Below are positions 28,755-40,100 of a stretch of DNA of 64,000 nucleotides, piece after piece. Every line of letters starts with the position of its first letter. Positions within the stretch are counted from its first letter, which is position 1. The translations under genes were made by a program, and so were the position numbers. Origin of the DNA: an uncultured Phycisphaerales bacterium (GTDB taxonomy: Bacteria > Planctomycetota > Phycisphaerae > Tepidisphaerales > Tepidisphaeraceae). The stretch spans positions 960,001-1,024,000 of the forward strand of contig CAWJPJ010000007.1 of the NCBI GenBank assembly GCA_963844715.1, read 5' to 3'. A model generated the notes under the pieces. It was not told the origin of the DNA. It did no database searches and saw only the letters and a list, made by a program, of their open reading frames with translations.

Positions 28755-29526
28755 ATGAAAAGCAATGTTGCCATTATCACCGGGGCCAGCCAGGGCATTG
28801 GCCGCGCGACCGCTTTGCGACTGGCCAAAGATTTTTCTTCCATCGTACTTGCCGCCCGCAACGGCGATGCGCTGAAGGAAGTGGCCAAGGCGGTAGACTC
28901 AAGCGGGCGCGGAGGCATTGCCGTTGCCGCTCGACCTTCGCGAACCGGCCGCGGACAAGACGCTCGTGGACGAGGCATTGAAACGATTTGGAAGGATCGA
29001 TGCGCTGGTCAATATCGCCGGCGCTGTTCCGCAAATCGATATTCTGGAGATGACCGATGCCCAGTGGGACGACGGGATGGCGTTGAAACTGCATGGCGCG
29101 CGTCGCATCACGATTCATGCCTGGAATGCGCTGAAGGAGTCCAAAGGGTCGGTGGTTTTCATGTCGGGCAACTCCGCTCAGGCTCCGAAATCGGCCTACG
29201 CGGCAGTCGCGACAATCAACGCGGCGATCGTCGCGATGGCTCGCGCATTTGCCGAGCGAGGCATCAAGGACGGGGTGCAGGTCAACAGCGTGCTCCCGGG
29301 TCCTGTCCTGACGAATCGCCGCAAAACCTACATGGAAAAGTACGCGCCGGCCCACAACATGACTTTCGACGAGGCTATGGAGAAGTTTCCCTCCCAGGCG
29401 GGAATCAGCCGCTACGGGCAACCCGAAGAGATCGCGGACCTCATGGCGTTTCTTGTGTCGCCACAAGCAAAATGGATGACGGGAAGCGCGGTGCGCATGG
29501 ACGGGGGCGAGATTAAAGGGGTCTGA
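28755..29526 (+). CDS. SDR family oxidoreductase; one frameshift
   Basis: TGASQGIG, LVNIAG, VNSVLPG, GRYGQPEE-like segment and MDGG. Confidence 0.88.
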
Positions 29527-29609
29527 GCGATCGTGAAAGCCACTCCTTCCGGCTGGGTCCTGGCCTCCCCGTGACCTGGGGAGCGAGATTTGATATTTAA
29601 ATATCGCTT

Positions 29610-30188
29610 ATGCGTATCGTGCTCACCGGCGGCCCCGGGTCCGGCAAGACGGTCATCTCCGCCGCTATCGCCCGCGCCAATCCGGATCGCATCGTTGCGG
29701 TGCCTGAGGCCGCCACGCAGGTTTATTCCGCCACCGGGACGCGATGGCATTTGTGCGAGCCCGAACTAAAACGTCAATTGCAACGCCGCATTTACCAGCT
29801 TCAGATCGAGCAGGAGGAACGGTACGCTCGCGAGAACCCCGACAAACTGCTCCTTCTGGACCGAGGAACGATCGACGGCTCGATCTATTGGCCGGATGGA
29901 GAGGCCGCTTACTGGTCCGCGATGAAAACAACCTTGGGAAAGGAACTGGCCCGGTACGACCGCGTCATCCTTCTGCAATCCGCCGCCGCGATCGGCATCT
30001 ATGACGGGTCGGAATCCAATTCCGTACGGTTCGAAAATGCGGCCGAGGCGATTGCGTCCAGTGAAGCGCTGGAGGCAGCGTGGGGCGGGCATTCTCGGCT
30101 GACTCGCGTGGCCGCGACTCAATTGCTGGCGGACAAAATAGTGCGAGTGTCCGAGCTGGTCGCGGAGGCGGTTGGGAATCGAGTCTAA
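29610..30188 (+). CDS. AAA_28/NadR-type P-loop kinase-like protein
   Basis: IVLTGGPGSGKT, VPEAAT, LLDRGTIDG. Confidence 0.8.
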   Translation: MRIVLTGGPGSGKTVISAAIARANPDRIVAVPEAATQVYSATGTRWHLCEPELKRQLQRRIYQLQIEQEERYARENPDKLLLLDRGTIDGSIYWPDGEAAYWSAMKTTLGKELARYDRVILLQSAAAIGIYDGSESNSVRFENAAEAIASSEALEAAWGGHSRLTRVAATQLLADKIVRVSELVAEAVGNRV

Positions 30189-30201
30189 AGAGAGATTTGC
30201 G

Positions 30202-32028
30202 TTACGCCGCCTGGGAGGCGGATTCGCTGCGTGAGTCGCGGGAAAATTCCGCGACGGTTTGGCGGATGGAAGGCCAGGACTGGTCGTTCTCGGCGGTCAT
30301 CAAGAGCCTCGCCGCCTGGGCGGCCAAATCTTTCAAACCAGCGGCGGCGGCTTTGCCGAGGACCAGTTTGGCTACTTCCTTGACCACCTCGCGGTCCTGA
30401 CGTTCGATGGCCTGTTCCATCTGGGCCAGTTCGGTGGGGAGGTCCTGATAGAACTTCTGCGCCAGCGCGGCGCGCTTCGCCGCGGCTGAGGCGTCTTCCT
30501 TTGGGGCCTCTTTGGGGATGGGAGCGACTTTCAGATATCTCCCCATGGCCTTGATGAGTTTCTGCATTTCGATCGGCTTGGTGACGAAATCATTGCACCC
30601 CGCATCGAGGCACTTGGAGCGGTCACGCTCCATCGCGTTGGCGGTCAGCGCGATGATCGGGCCGCGATAACCCTTGCCGCGAAGTTCCAGCGTGGCGCTG
30701 AAGCCGTCCATGACGGGCATTTGCACGTCCATGAGAATCAGATCGAACGGCTTGTCGCAATTGGCGGCGGCCAGAGCCTTTTCGCAGGCGATTTTCCCGT
30801 TGTTGGCGATCTCGACCTTCAAGCCCATCTCGCGGAGGCGGGTGGCGATGAGCGCCTGGTTATCGATGCCGTCTTCGGCGACGAGAACCGAGCCGCTGAC
30901 GCGGACGCGCGGGTGCGTGTAATCGTCATGGGCCTGCATCGCCTCTTCCGGGCGTTCCTGAATGGCGGCGTCGACCAGAGAGCCAGTGCCGACTGTGACG
31001 CCGAAAGTGCTTCCCTGTCCTTCTTCGCTTTCGACACAGACATCGCCGCCCAGGGCTCGCGCGAAATGCTGCGAAATCGCCAGACCGAGGCCTGAGCCGC
31101 CGTAGTGACGGCTGATGGTCGTGTCCGCCTGGACGAAGGGCTTGAAGAGCGCTTCGAGTCGATCCGGTGGAATTCCGATCCCGGTGTCCTTGATTTCCAC
31201 TTGGAGCAGCGGCTCGGCGCTGCGCAGCGAAGGCTGGATCGAGACGGTCAGCGTCACGCCGCCCTGTTTGGTGAATTTGATCGCGTTGGAGACAAGATTG
31301 ATCAGCACCTGGCGAAGGCGCGTCGGATCGGTGCGGATCATCTTCGGGATCGGGCCCCTGAAATTTACATCCAGGGTCAATCCCTTCTCTTTTGCGCGAT
31401 GACGCAGGAGCGAGAGGACCTCGCCTACGACGCCGGCGGGATTGCACAGGATCTCTTCGACGGTCATCCGGCCCGCTTCAATTTTCGACAGATCGAGAAT
31501 ATCGTTGATGAGCGTAAGGAGATGCTCCCCGTTGCGGCGAATGATCCGCGCATCGGCGAGGCGCTCCTCTTCGGATCGCTCGGGATTGAGGAGAAGTTCG
31601 GCAAAGCCGTTGATCGCCGTCAGCGGCGTGCGGATTTCGTGGCTGATGTTGGCGAAAAAGAGCGATTTGTATCGATTGGCGGCTTCGGCTCCATCGCGTG
31701 CCAGTTTTAGTTGGTCCTGCACTTCGCGGCGCTGGGCGTCCAGCCGCGCCAGCTTTTTCAGGTTGTGCCAGACCACCAGCCCGAAGGCGATGGCGACCGT
31801 GTAGACGAAAATGATGAAGCAGCTATCCCAGCGGTACCAATGGCGATAGATACCGATGAAAAGCGCCCACCAAAGAAGGGTGGGGACCAGGAAGCAAGCC
31901 GGGAGCAATTGACGCGCGACCATGCGGGTGATCGCATCGTTCTGGAGTTTGATTCGCCCGCGCTGCTGGCGCACCATTTCGGTGGCGTTGGGGGCGAGAT
32001 AGTCCAATGTTTCTTTGACCGGCTTCAT
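30202..32028 (-). CDS. Hybrid sensor histidine kinase (2 TM, HisKA, HATPase, REC, Hpt-like tail)
   Basis: ANISHEIRTPL, NLVSNAIKFT, DTGIG, GGSGLGL, LILMDVQMPVMDG. Confidence 0.93.
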   Translation of the reverse strand: MKPVKETLDYLAPNATEMVRQQRGRIKLQNDAITRMVARQLLPACFLVPTLLWWALFIGIYRHWYRWDSCFIIFVYTVAIAFGLVVWHNLKKLARLDAQRREVQDQLKLARDGAEAANRYKSLFFANISHEIRTPLTAINGFAELLLNPERSEEERLADARIIRRNGEHLLTLINDILDLSKIEAGRMTVEEILCNPAGVVGEVLSLLRHRAKEKGLTLDVNFRGPIPKMIRTDPTRLRQVLINLVSNAIKFTKQGGVTLTVSIQPSLRSAEPLLQVEIKDTGIGIPPDRLEALFKPFVQADTTISRHYGGSGLGLAISQHFARALGGDVCVESEEGQGSTFGVTVGTGSLVDAAIQERPEEAMQAHDDYTHPRVRVSGSVLVAEDGIDNQALIATRLREMGLKVEIANNGKIACEKALAAANCDKPFDLILMDVQMPVMDGFSATLELRGKGYRGPIIALTANAMERDRSKCLDAGCNDFVTKPIEMQKLIKAMGRYLKVAPIPKEAPKEDASAAAKRAALAQKFYQDLPTELAQMEQAIERQDREVVKEVAKLVLGKAAAAGLKDLAAQAARLLMTAENDQSWPSIRQTVAEFSRDSRSESASQAA

Positions 32029-32320
32029 GGATAGTTCGACGCTTTATGTAGCGACGGCTACGGTTTACCCGACACGGATGTATCGTCGCCGCACAAGCGC
32101 GCCGTTAGTTTGATGTGGATATTAAAATCTTGCCGAAGAGAAAAATGCGCCGTTATCGGACGCGGCCAGTGACTGGCAGTCCCGGTAAATGTGGCGGCGC
32201 AGGTGAGGATCGAGTCCTTCTTCTACTCAGTTGCCAGAACCCAATCTCGCCAAAACCGGAACCGATCCTGCGGCCGACGCGGAAGAGGCGTAGCAAGATT
32301 TATGAATTTCAATATTAATG

Positions 32321-32511
32321 TTGCACTTTTGGTGGATGGCTGGCTAAGCTGCGTTCCGCACTTCAATGGAGGGTTTCGTCCGAGGCGAAACCGATTGGTT
32401 GTACCTATCGCGGAATGAGAGTTCATCTTATTCCGCTCGAATCAAAAATTTAGCCGCTGATGTCAGCGGACGTGAAGACCGTAGGCGTAGACACCTTTGG
32501 AGGACTTGTTT
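32321..32511 (+). promoter_or_regulatory. Candidate promoter and structured 5' leader of the GH28 gene
   Basis: TTGCAC-N18-TAAGCT (32321-32350); hairpins at 32372-32392, 32410-32436 and 32454-32469; RBS GGAGGA at 32499. Confidence 0.4.
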
Positions 32512-35500
32512 ATGTCGATCGTGGAGCGAGGGTTTGGTCGTCGCGGTTTTTTCGTTAAATCCAAACTAGGCAAAAGCAAAAACGTGAGTTCGGCTGCGCG
32601 CCGTGCTCGAGACACTCGAACAGCGGCTGGTGCTTTCGGCGCCGCCGCTGCCGGTTATTCCGACCGGTTCGGGGCATCTCTTTGTCGTCACGGCTGCGCC
32701 CTACGACGCAAAGGGAGACGGGTCCACGGACAACACCGCGGCGATTCAGGCCGCGATCAACGCCGCCTCGGCCGCCGGCGGGGGGGTCGTCGAAGTCCCG
32801 ACCGCCAGCGCCGATTACGAATGCGGCGCGCTCACGTTCGCGAGCAACGTCGATCTGCAAATTGACTCGGGCGCAACCCTTCAGGCCACCACCGACGTCT
32901 CCGGAAAAATCTGGATCTACGTCAACGGGGTGACCAACTGGGAAATCACCGGCTTGGGCAGCGGCGCAACCATGGGCGCTCTCGACGGGCACGGCGGCGG
33001 GAGCAGCGGCAGCCTCAACATGATCAACATCAACGGCGCCACCGTCGGCCTGATCCAGAACATCCAGGTCAACAACTCACCCCACGAACACATTCAGTGC
33101 GGATCGGATCTCGTCAACGACATCACCATCAACGGCGTCTCCATCAACACGCCTTCCGATACGTCCAACACGGACGGCATCGACCCGGCCGGGCAAAACT
33201 GGCTGATCGAAAACTGCACGATTTCCGATGGCGACGACGATATCGCCGTCAAACCGCAGGAGCAGTATTGCGCCAATATCGACGTCGAAAACTGCACCAT
33301 TCTGGCCGGGCATGGCATTTCCGTCGGCGGCGAGACCAACGACGGCCTCGATGGATTCACCGTGAACAACTGCACATTCAACGGGACCACCAACGGCATG
33401 CGCCTCAAGGCCGGTGAAGGAAACGGGGGACTCGTCGAAAACGTGACTTATTCCAATATCACGATGACCAACGTCACCAATCCGCTGATCATCAATAGCT
33501 ACTACAACGGCGGCAGCGACAATTACCCCAGCAATCCGTACGCCGATACCGGCTCGCCGCCCGATGCGACCACGCCTATTTGGGAAAATCTTAATTTCAT
33601 CAACATCACCTCCACCAATACCTCCTCCAGTTCCAACGCCGGCATCATCTTCGGCCTGCCCGACGAACCGGTGAACGGCCTCCATTTCGTCAACGTCAAA
33701 ATCTCCGCGCATCACGGACTGGAAATCAATCACGTCCGCAACACCACGTTCGACGCCAATTCCCTCATCACCGCCAACACCGGGCCGGACATTTCCGGCA
33801 TCGCCGGGAATTCCTCTTATCCGGTCCCGGTGGACGCGCAGGTCACGCTCGCCGGATATACAAATCAGGACATCGGCTCGCCGACGATTCCGTTCGATAC
33901 CTCCGAATCGCTCTTCGATCCGGCGACGGGAATCTGGACCATCGATGGCGGCGGGTCCGGCATAGGCTCGACCAGCGACCAGTTCAATTACACATCGCAG
34001 ATCGTGTCCGGCAATTCGAGCCTCTCGGCGGAACTCACCAGTCTCAGCAGTGGGGCGGCTGGTTTGATGTATCGCGCCAGCACCAACACCAACGATCCTT
34101 TCGCCGCCGTCGTGCAGAGCGGCAGTCAGATTCTCTTCGAATGGCGCGCCACGTCCGGCGGCGCTGTGCAATCGACCGCGGTCAGCGGAACCGTCGGTTC
34201 GACTTTCCTCGAGATCAGTCGGTCTGGCAGCAGCTTCTCCGCGTTCTACAGCACCAACGGCGGAAGCAGCTACACGCAGATCGGTTCCGCGGAAACGATC
34301 TCCGCCATCGGCACGGCGGCCAATCTCGGCGTTTACGATTCGTCCAACAGCAACGGAAGCGTGAACGTCGCGACGTTCTCGAAGGTCGCCATTTCCGGAA
34401 GCCAGGCCAGCGGCCCGACCGTCGCGACCGCCGCCAGCGCCACGCCAAACCCGGTCACCGGAACCTCCACAGCGCTGAGCGTTCTTGGGGCCGACCCGAA
34501 CGGCGAATCTACGCTCACGTACACCTGGGCGACGACCGGCACTCCGCCCGCGGCGGTTAATTTCAGTTCCAACGGCACCAACGCGTCGAAGAATACCACC
34601 GCGACATTCACGGCGGCTGGTTCGTACAACTTGCAGGTCACGATCACCGATCAGAACAATCTCAGCACGACCAGCAGCGTGACCGTCGCTGTGAATCAGA
34701 CCGTTACCACGATCGCCGTGAGTCCCTCTTCGGCGACTGTTACTCAAAGCGGCACTCAGCAGTTCAGCGCTTCAGCCAAGGATCAATTCGGAAACACGCT
34801 CACAACGCAGCCGACCTTTACCTGGTCGCTGGCTTCGGGGAGCGTGGGAAGCATTTCCACCGGCGGTTTGTATACAGCTCCGGCCAGCAACGGCTCGGCA
34901 ACCGTTCAGGCGGCCGCGTCGGGCGTCACCGGCACGGCGGGCGTCACGGTCTCCGGGACGACGAATCAGCCACCCACCGTTGCGACGCCCGCCAGCGCCA
35001 CGCCGAACCCCGTAACCGGAAAGACCACCGCGCTCAGCGTGCTGGGCGCCGACGACGGCGGCGAATCGAATCTGACTTACACCTGGGCTGACACCGGCCC
35101 CTCCGGCGTCACTTTCAGCGCCAACGGGACGAACGCTTCCAAGAACAGCACGGCGACGTTCGCCTCGGCGGGGAGCTATACGTTTACCGTCACGATCAAG
35201 GATAGTGGCGGATTGACCACGACCAGCAGCGTGAATGTGACGGTCAATCAGACGGTCACGACGATTTCCGTCAGTCCCTCCTCGGCTTCGGTTGCGGAAA
35301 ATGCGACGGAGCAGTTCAGCGCCTCGGCGAAGGACCAATTTGGCAACACGCTGACGACCCAGCCGAGCTTTAGCTGGTCGCTGGCGTCGGGAGGCGTCGG
35401 AAGCGTATCGTCGAGCGGCCTGTATACGGCGCCGGCGACGACTGGAAGCGCAACCGTGCAGGCGGTCAGCGGCGGGGTGACTGGGACCGCGAGCGTGACG

Positions 35501-36601
35501 GTCACGGCGGTCAATCAGCCGCCCACTGTCGCGACTCCCGCCAGCGCGACCCCGAATCCCGTCACCGGCAAGACCACCGCGCTCAGCGTCCTGGGAGCCG
35601 ATGACGGCGGTGAATCGAACCTCACTTACACCTGGGCTGATACCGGCCCGTCCGGCGTTACCTTCAGCGCCAATGGGACGAACGCTTCGAAGAACACGAC
35701 GGCGACGTTCGCCTCCGCCGGCAGTTACACATTCACTGTGACGATCAAGGACAGCGGCGGCCTGACCACCACCAGCAGCGTCAATGTCACTGTGAATCAA
35801 ACGCTGACGACGATCACCGTCACGCCGTCAACTGCATCGATTACCGAGGGCGCAACTCAGCAGTTCAGCGCCTCCGGGAAGGATCAGTTTGGCAATACGA
35901 TGACCACCCAGCCGACGTTTGCCTGGTCCCTCGCTTCGGGCGGGGTCGGGAGCGTTTCCTCCAGCGGGTTGTACACGGCGCCTTCCACCACCGGCAGCGC
36001 GACCGTGCAAGCCACAAGCGGTGGAAATACCGGGACGGCAACCGTGACCGTCACCGCGGCAAGCACGGCGACTCATGTGAATCTGCCGTCCTATTACAAC
36101 CGGGTCGGCTTCGCCAACGACGGGCAGACTTTCTCCGGCACCGGCATCGACGAGAGCGGCAACGCGTACTCGGCGAATCTGCTCGACGCCAGTTCGCTGG
36201 CGAGCACCTACACGCTTGGAACCGCCGGCGTGAACGACGTCGTGTCGGTGACCGACCAGACGATTACGTTGCCGCAGGGGAATTACAGCACCCTCACGTT
36301 CATCGGGACCGCGCTGAATGGCAACAAGACCGGCCGCACGTTTGTCGTCCATTACACGGACGGCACGAGCCAGTCCTTCAGCATCAACATGAGCCAGTGG
36401 ACGACGCCGCAAAATTACTCCGGCGAAAGCGTGGCGCTGAGCATGAGCTACTACGATACGTCCAAGGGAGGCAAGACGAACACCACGGTTGACCTCTATC
36501 AGTACACGTTGACGCTGAACAAGTCGAAGACCGTCGAGAGCATCACGCTGCCCGGAACGACCAACAGCATCGTGATCGTGGCCATGAATCTGAATCCGTA
36601 A
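32512..36601 (+). CDS. Secreted multidomain GH28 polygalacturonase with LEPR-XLL motif and Ig/PKD-like repeats (frameshift in the leader; main ORF 32603-36601)
   Basis: LETLEQRLVLS; GH28 motifs NTDGID, GDDDIAVK, GHGISVG and RLK; three ~183-aa tandem modules; C-terminal beta-sandwich. Confidence 0.88.
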
Positions 36602-36616
36602 GCGTGGGAATTCCTT

Positions 36617-36652
36617 TCGGGCTCCCGGTCCTCAGGGGGATCGGGAGCCCGA
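36617..36652 (+). terminator. Strong hairpin after the GH28 gene
   Basis: TCGGGCTCCCGGTCC / GGATCGGGAGCCCGA stem; weak U-tract. Confidence 0.6.
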
Positions 36653-37105
36653 TCACTTCAACTCGCGGATTTCGCGGACCTTGGCGGCTCGATTTGCACG
36701 AGCTGCGCGCTCGGTTTGGAGAAATCGTCCGCCACCGCCAGCGTCTGATCTGCCAAGGCCAAATTTATCGGCGAGTCGGCAGCGCGGCTCGTTAGTTTGC
36801 TTGCGCCAGTAAACGCGCAATCTGACGCCATACCCTCACGCCAGTCGTTTAGTCACTCATCTTACCGGCTGCTTCGGCGCGCATTTAAAGCGCTCGAAGT
36901 TGGGGAACAAATTGTCGATAAAAACTCACGCAGGCGGCCCATTTCGCTGTTGATGTAGCCGTCGTGACATTCCGTCGAGAGGAAAACGAACTGCAATGAG
37001 CACCAGATTGGGGGCTGATCAAGCCATGGCTAAACCATCACGCATCTTTTCCGGGCGATCGAAGATTTTCAGGCGGCCGAACCACGCCGGGCGGGAATCC
37101 GCTGC

Positions 37106-40100
37106 GTGGCGAAAAGCGGCGGACCGCGGAACTATGTCGTCGAGCCGCTGGAGCAGCGCCTCTTGCTGAGCATCAATACGCTCGCTTACTTCACTGGAAC
37201 TTCGGGGGCAGACCCGGGAAACAATAATACCGCAACGATTGCGGAGGGCGCCCCGGTAATGGATGCAAGCGGAAATCTTTACGGCGTCACGCCGACGGGC
37301 GGCGCCAACAACAACGGAGAAATTTGGGAGCTTGCCGCGGGCGCAACCAGTATCACGGTTCTATACAATTTCAGCGCGGTAAACGGACAGGGCGAAAACG
37401 CCGACGGGATCAATCCGTATGGCGGGTTGCTGATTGATGGAAGCGGGAATCTTTATGGTACCGCCTCCGCCGGCGGAGCCTCGGCCATTGGGACCATCTT
37501 CGAATACTCGACGACCGGTTCCACGTTCAGCACTCTGGCATCGTTTCAGGGGAGTAACTTTCCGACTGCAAAGCCTCTGGGCACGCTGATCATGGACGGG
37601 AGCAAGAATCTCTACGGTACAACCGAAGTAGGCGGGAATGGCACGATTTTCGAGCTAGCGTGGAACGGCTCCTCGTATGCGACGCTGCCGAGCGTGCTTT
37701 ACGCCTTCCAGGGGACGACGGACGGAAAAAATCCGTACGGCGGGCTAGTGATGGACGGAAGTGGAGATATCTTTGGAACGACCAAGTCGAGCGGCACGGG
37801 CACGCCCGCGGATGGCGTCATTTTCGAACTCGCCGCCGGGGCGACGGCGACAACCACTTTATACACGTTTACGGGAACGCCGGACGGGAAGGACCCGCTC
37901 TCCTCACTGATTATTGACAGCAACGGCGATCTATTCGGTACGGCTGAGCAGGGCGGCGCCAACAGCGACGGTTCGCTCTTTGAGCTTACCAAAAGCGGCG
38001 GGTCCTACAGCACGGCACTGACGATACTCTACGCGTTCAAAGGCGGCGCGAGCACGCCCGAGCTTCCATATGGCGGCCCGATCGAAGACAGCAAGGGGGA
38101 TCTATTCGGCACTCTGGAGTTAAAAGGGGATGGTACCACTGGGAATGGGGCGGTGTACGAGCTTCCCGCCGGCGCCACCACTCTTACGGTTCTTTACGAG
38201 TTCACCCCATTGACCGGCAGCGACAACACCGACGGCGCGAATCCCTTCGGCCCTCTTCTGATGAACAAGGGCAATCTTTACGGCACGACCGCCATGGGCG
38301 GAACATCCGGCGACGGAACCATTTTTGAAATCCCGTCGACGACAAAACTCGCCTTCGGGACGCAGCCGGCGAGCACGACGGCGGGAACTCTTTCGAGCTT
38401 TACGGTGGATGTCGAAGACACCTATGGAAATATCCTCACGGGGGATAGTTCCAGCGTGACCCTTACGGTCGCCAGCGGTCCTGGCTCGATTGGCGGCACG
38501 GACACCGTCGCGGCCGTGGCCGGCGTGGCGACCTTCAATAACGTCACCATCACTAAAGCCGGGAGTTACACGCTCACCGCGGCAGACACCGGCGATACTT
38601 CGGCCACCTCCAGCAGCTTCACCATCAGCGCAGCCTCGGCGTCCCAGGTTGTCTACGCGCAGCAACCCAGCAACGTCACCGCCGGCGTAGCCAACAGCCC
38701 GGCAATTACGGTCGACGTGGAAGATCAGTACGGCAATATCGTCGCGTCGGACAGCTCTAACGTAACTCTATCGGTTGCCAGCGGCGGGGGGTCGGTGAGC
38801 GGCACCTCGACGGTTGCCGCCAGCAGCGGCGTGGCGACGTTCAGCAATCTCATCGTCGATACCGCCGGCGCGCACACGCTTCTGGCGTCCGACGGCTCTC
38901 TTACCACCGCGACGTCCAACAGCTTTACCGTCAGCGTGGCCGGCGCGGCGCAGCTCGCTTTTCTACAACAGCCGACCACTGCCGACGCGGGGAGCACAAT
39001 TTCTCCTTCGGTGACGGTGGAGGTTGAAGATCAATTCGGAAACGTCGTCACCACCGATTCGTCGAACGTCACGCTCTCGTTGAACAGCGGGTCCGGTTCG
39101 CTGAGCGGAACGCTCACGGAAGCCGCATCGAGCGGCGTCGCCACGTTCGGCAATCTTTCGATGACCGACGCGGGCTCGAAAACCTTGCTCGCCAGCGACG
39201 GCAGCCTGACCACGGCGACGTCGAGCAGTTTCACCATCAGCGCCCTCAGCGCGTCGAAAATTGCCTTCGTGCAGCAGCCAAGCGATGTGGCGGCGGGGGA
39301 CGCCAATAGCCCGTCGATCACGGTGGATGTGGAAGACCAATACGGGAACCTCGTCACCGGAGATGGCTCGAATGTGACCCTGTCGATCAACTCGGGCCCG
39401 GGTTCCATCGGCGGAACGGATATGGTCGCGGCTTCGGGCGGCGTGGCGACATTTAGTAACGTGATTCTCGATACGGCCGGCAGCTATACGCTGGCGGCGG
39501 CGGATGGATCGCTCACCGGCGCGGATTCCAGCAGCTTTACGGTGAGCGCGGCGTCCGCCAACAAGTTGGCTTTCGATCAGCAGCCGTCGACGGCGACCGC
39601 CGGTGTTGCCATCAGCCCGGCGATCACCGTCGACGTCGAGGACCAGTTCGGCAATATCGTGACGACGGATACGTCCAACGTTACCCTCTCGCGAAATTCC
39701 GGCTTCGGCACTCCCTCAGGCACGCTTACGGTTGCGGCAGTCGCCGGCGTCGCGACGTTCAGCAACGTCATTCAAGACGGTTCGGGGGCTCACACCCTCG
39801 CGGCTTCGGATGGCAGCCTGACCGGCGCGACCTCAAACAGCTTCACGATTAACGCGGCCGCGGCGTCGCAAATTATCTGGGGACAGGGGCCGAGCGATGT
39901 GACGGCGGGCGTCGCCAACAGCCCGGAGATTATCCTCAACATCGACGATCAGTACGGCAACGTCGTTACGTCGAACAATTCCGACGTGACGCTCACCGTC
40001 CATAGCGGCCCCGGGTCGCTCAGCGGCACGGATACCGTCGCGTTCTCCAGCGGCGTGGCGCAGCTTGATAACGTCATCATCGATACGGCCGGCGCCTATA

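Noticed and set aside
32512..37140. Programmed frameshift or phase switch in the leaders of both LEPR-XLL genes
   Set aside because: The two required shifts go in opposite directions (+1 and -1), there is no shared slippery motif, and the assembly is indel-rich
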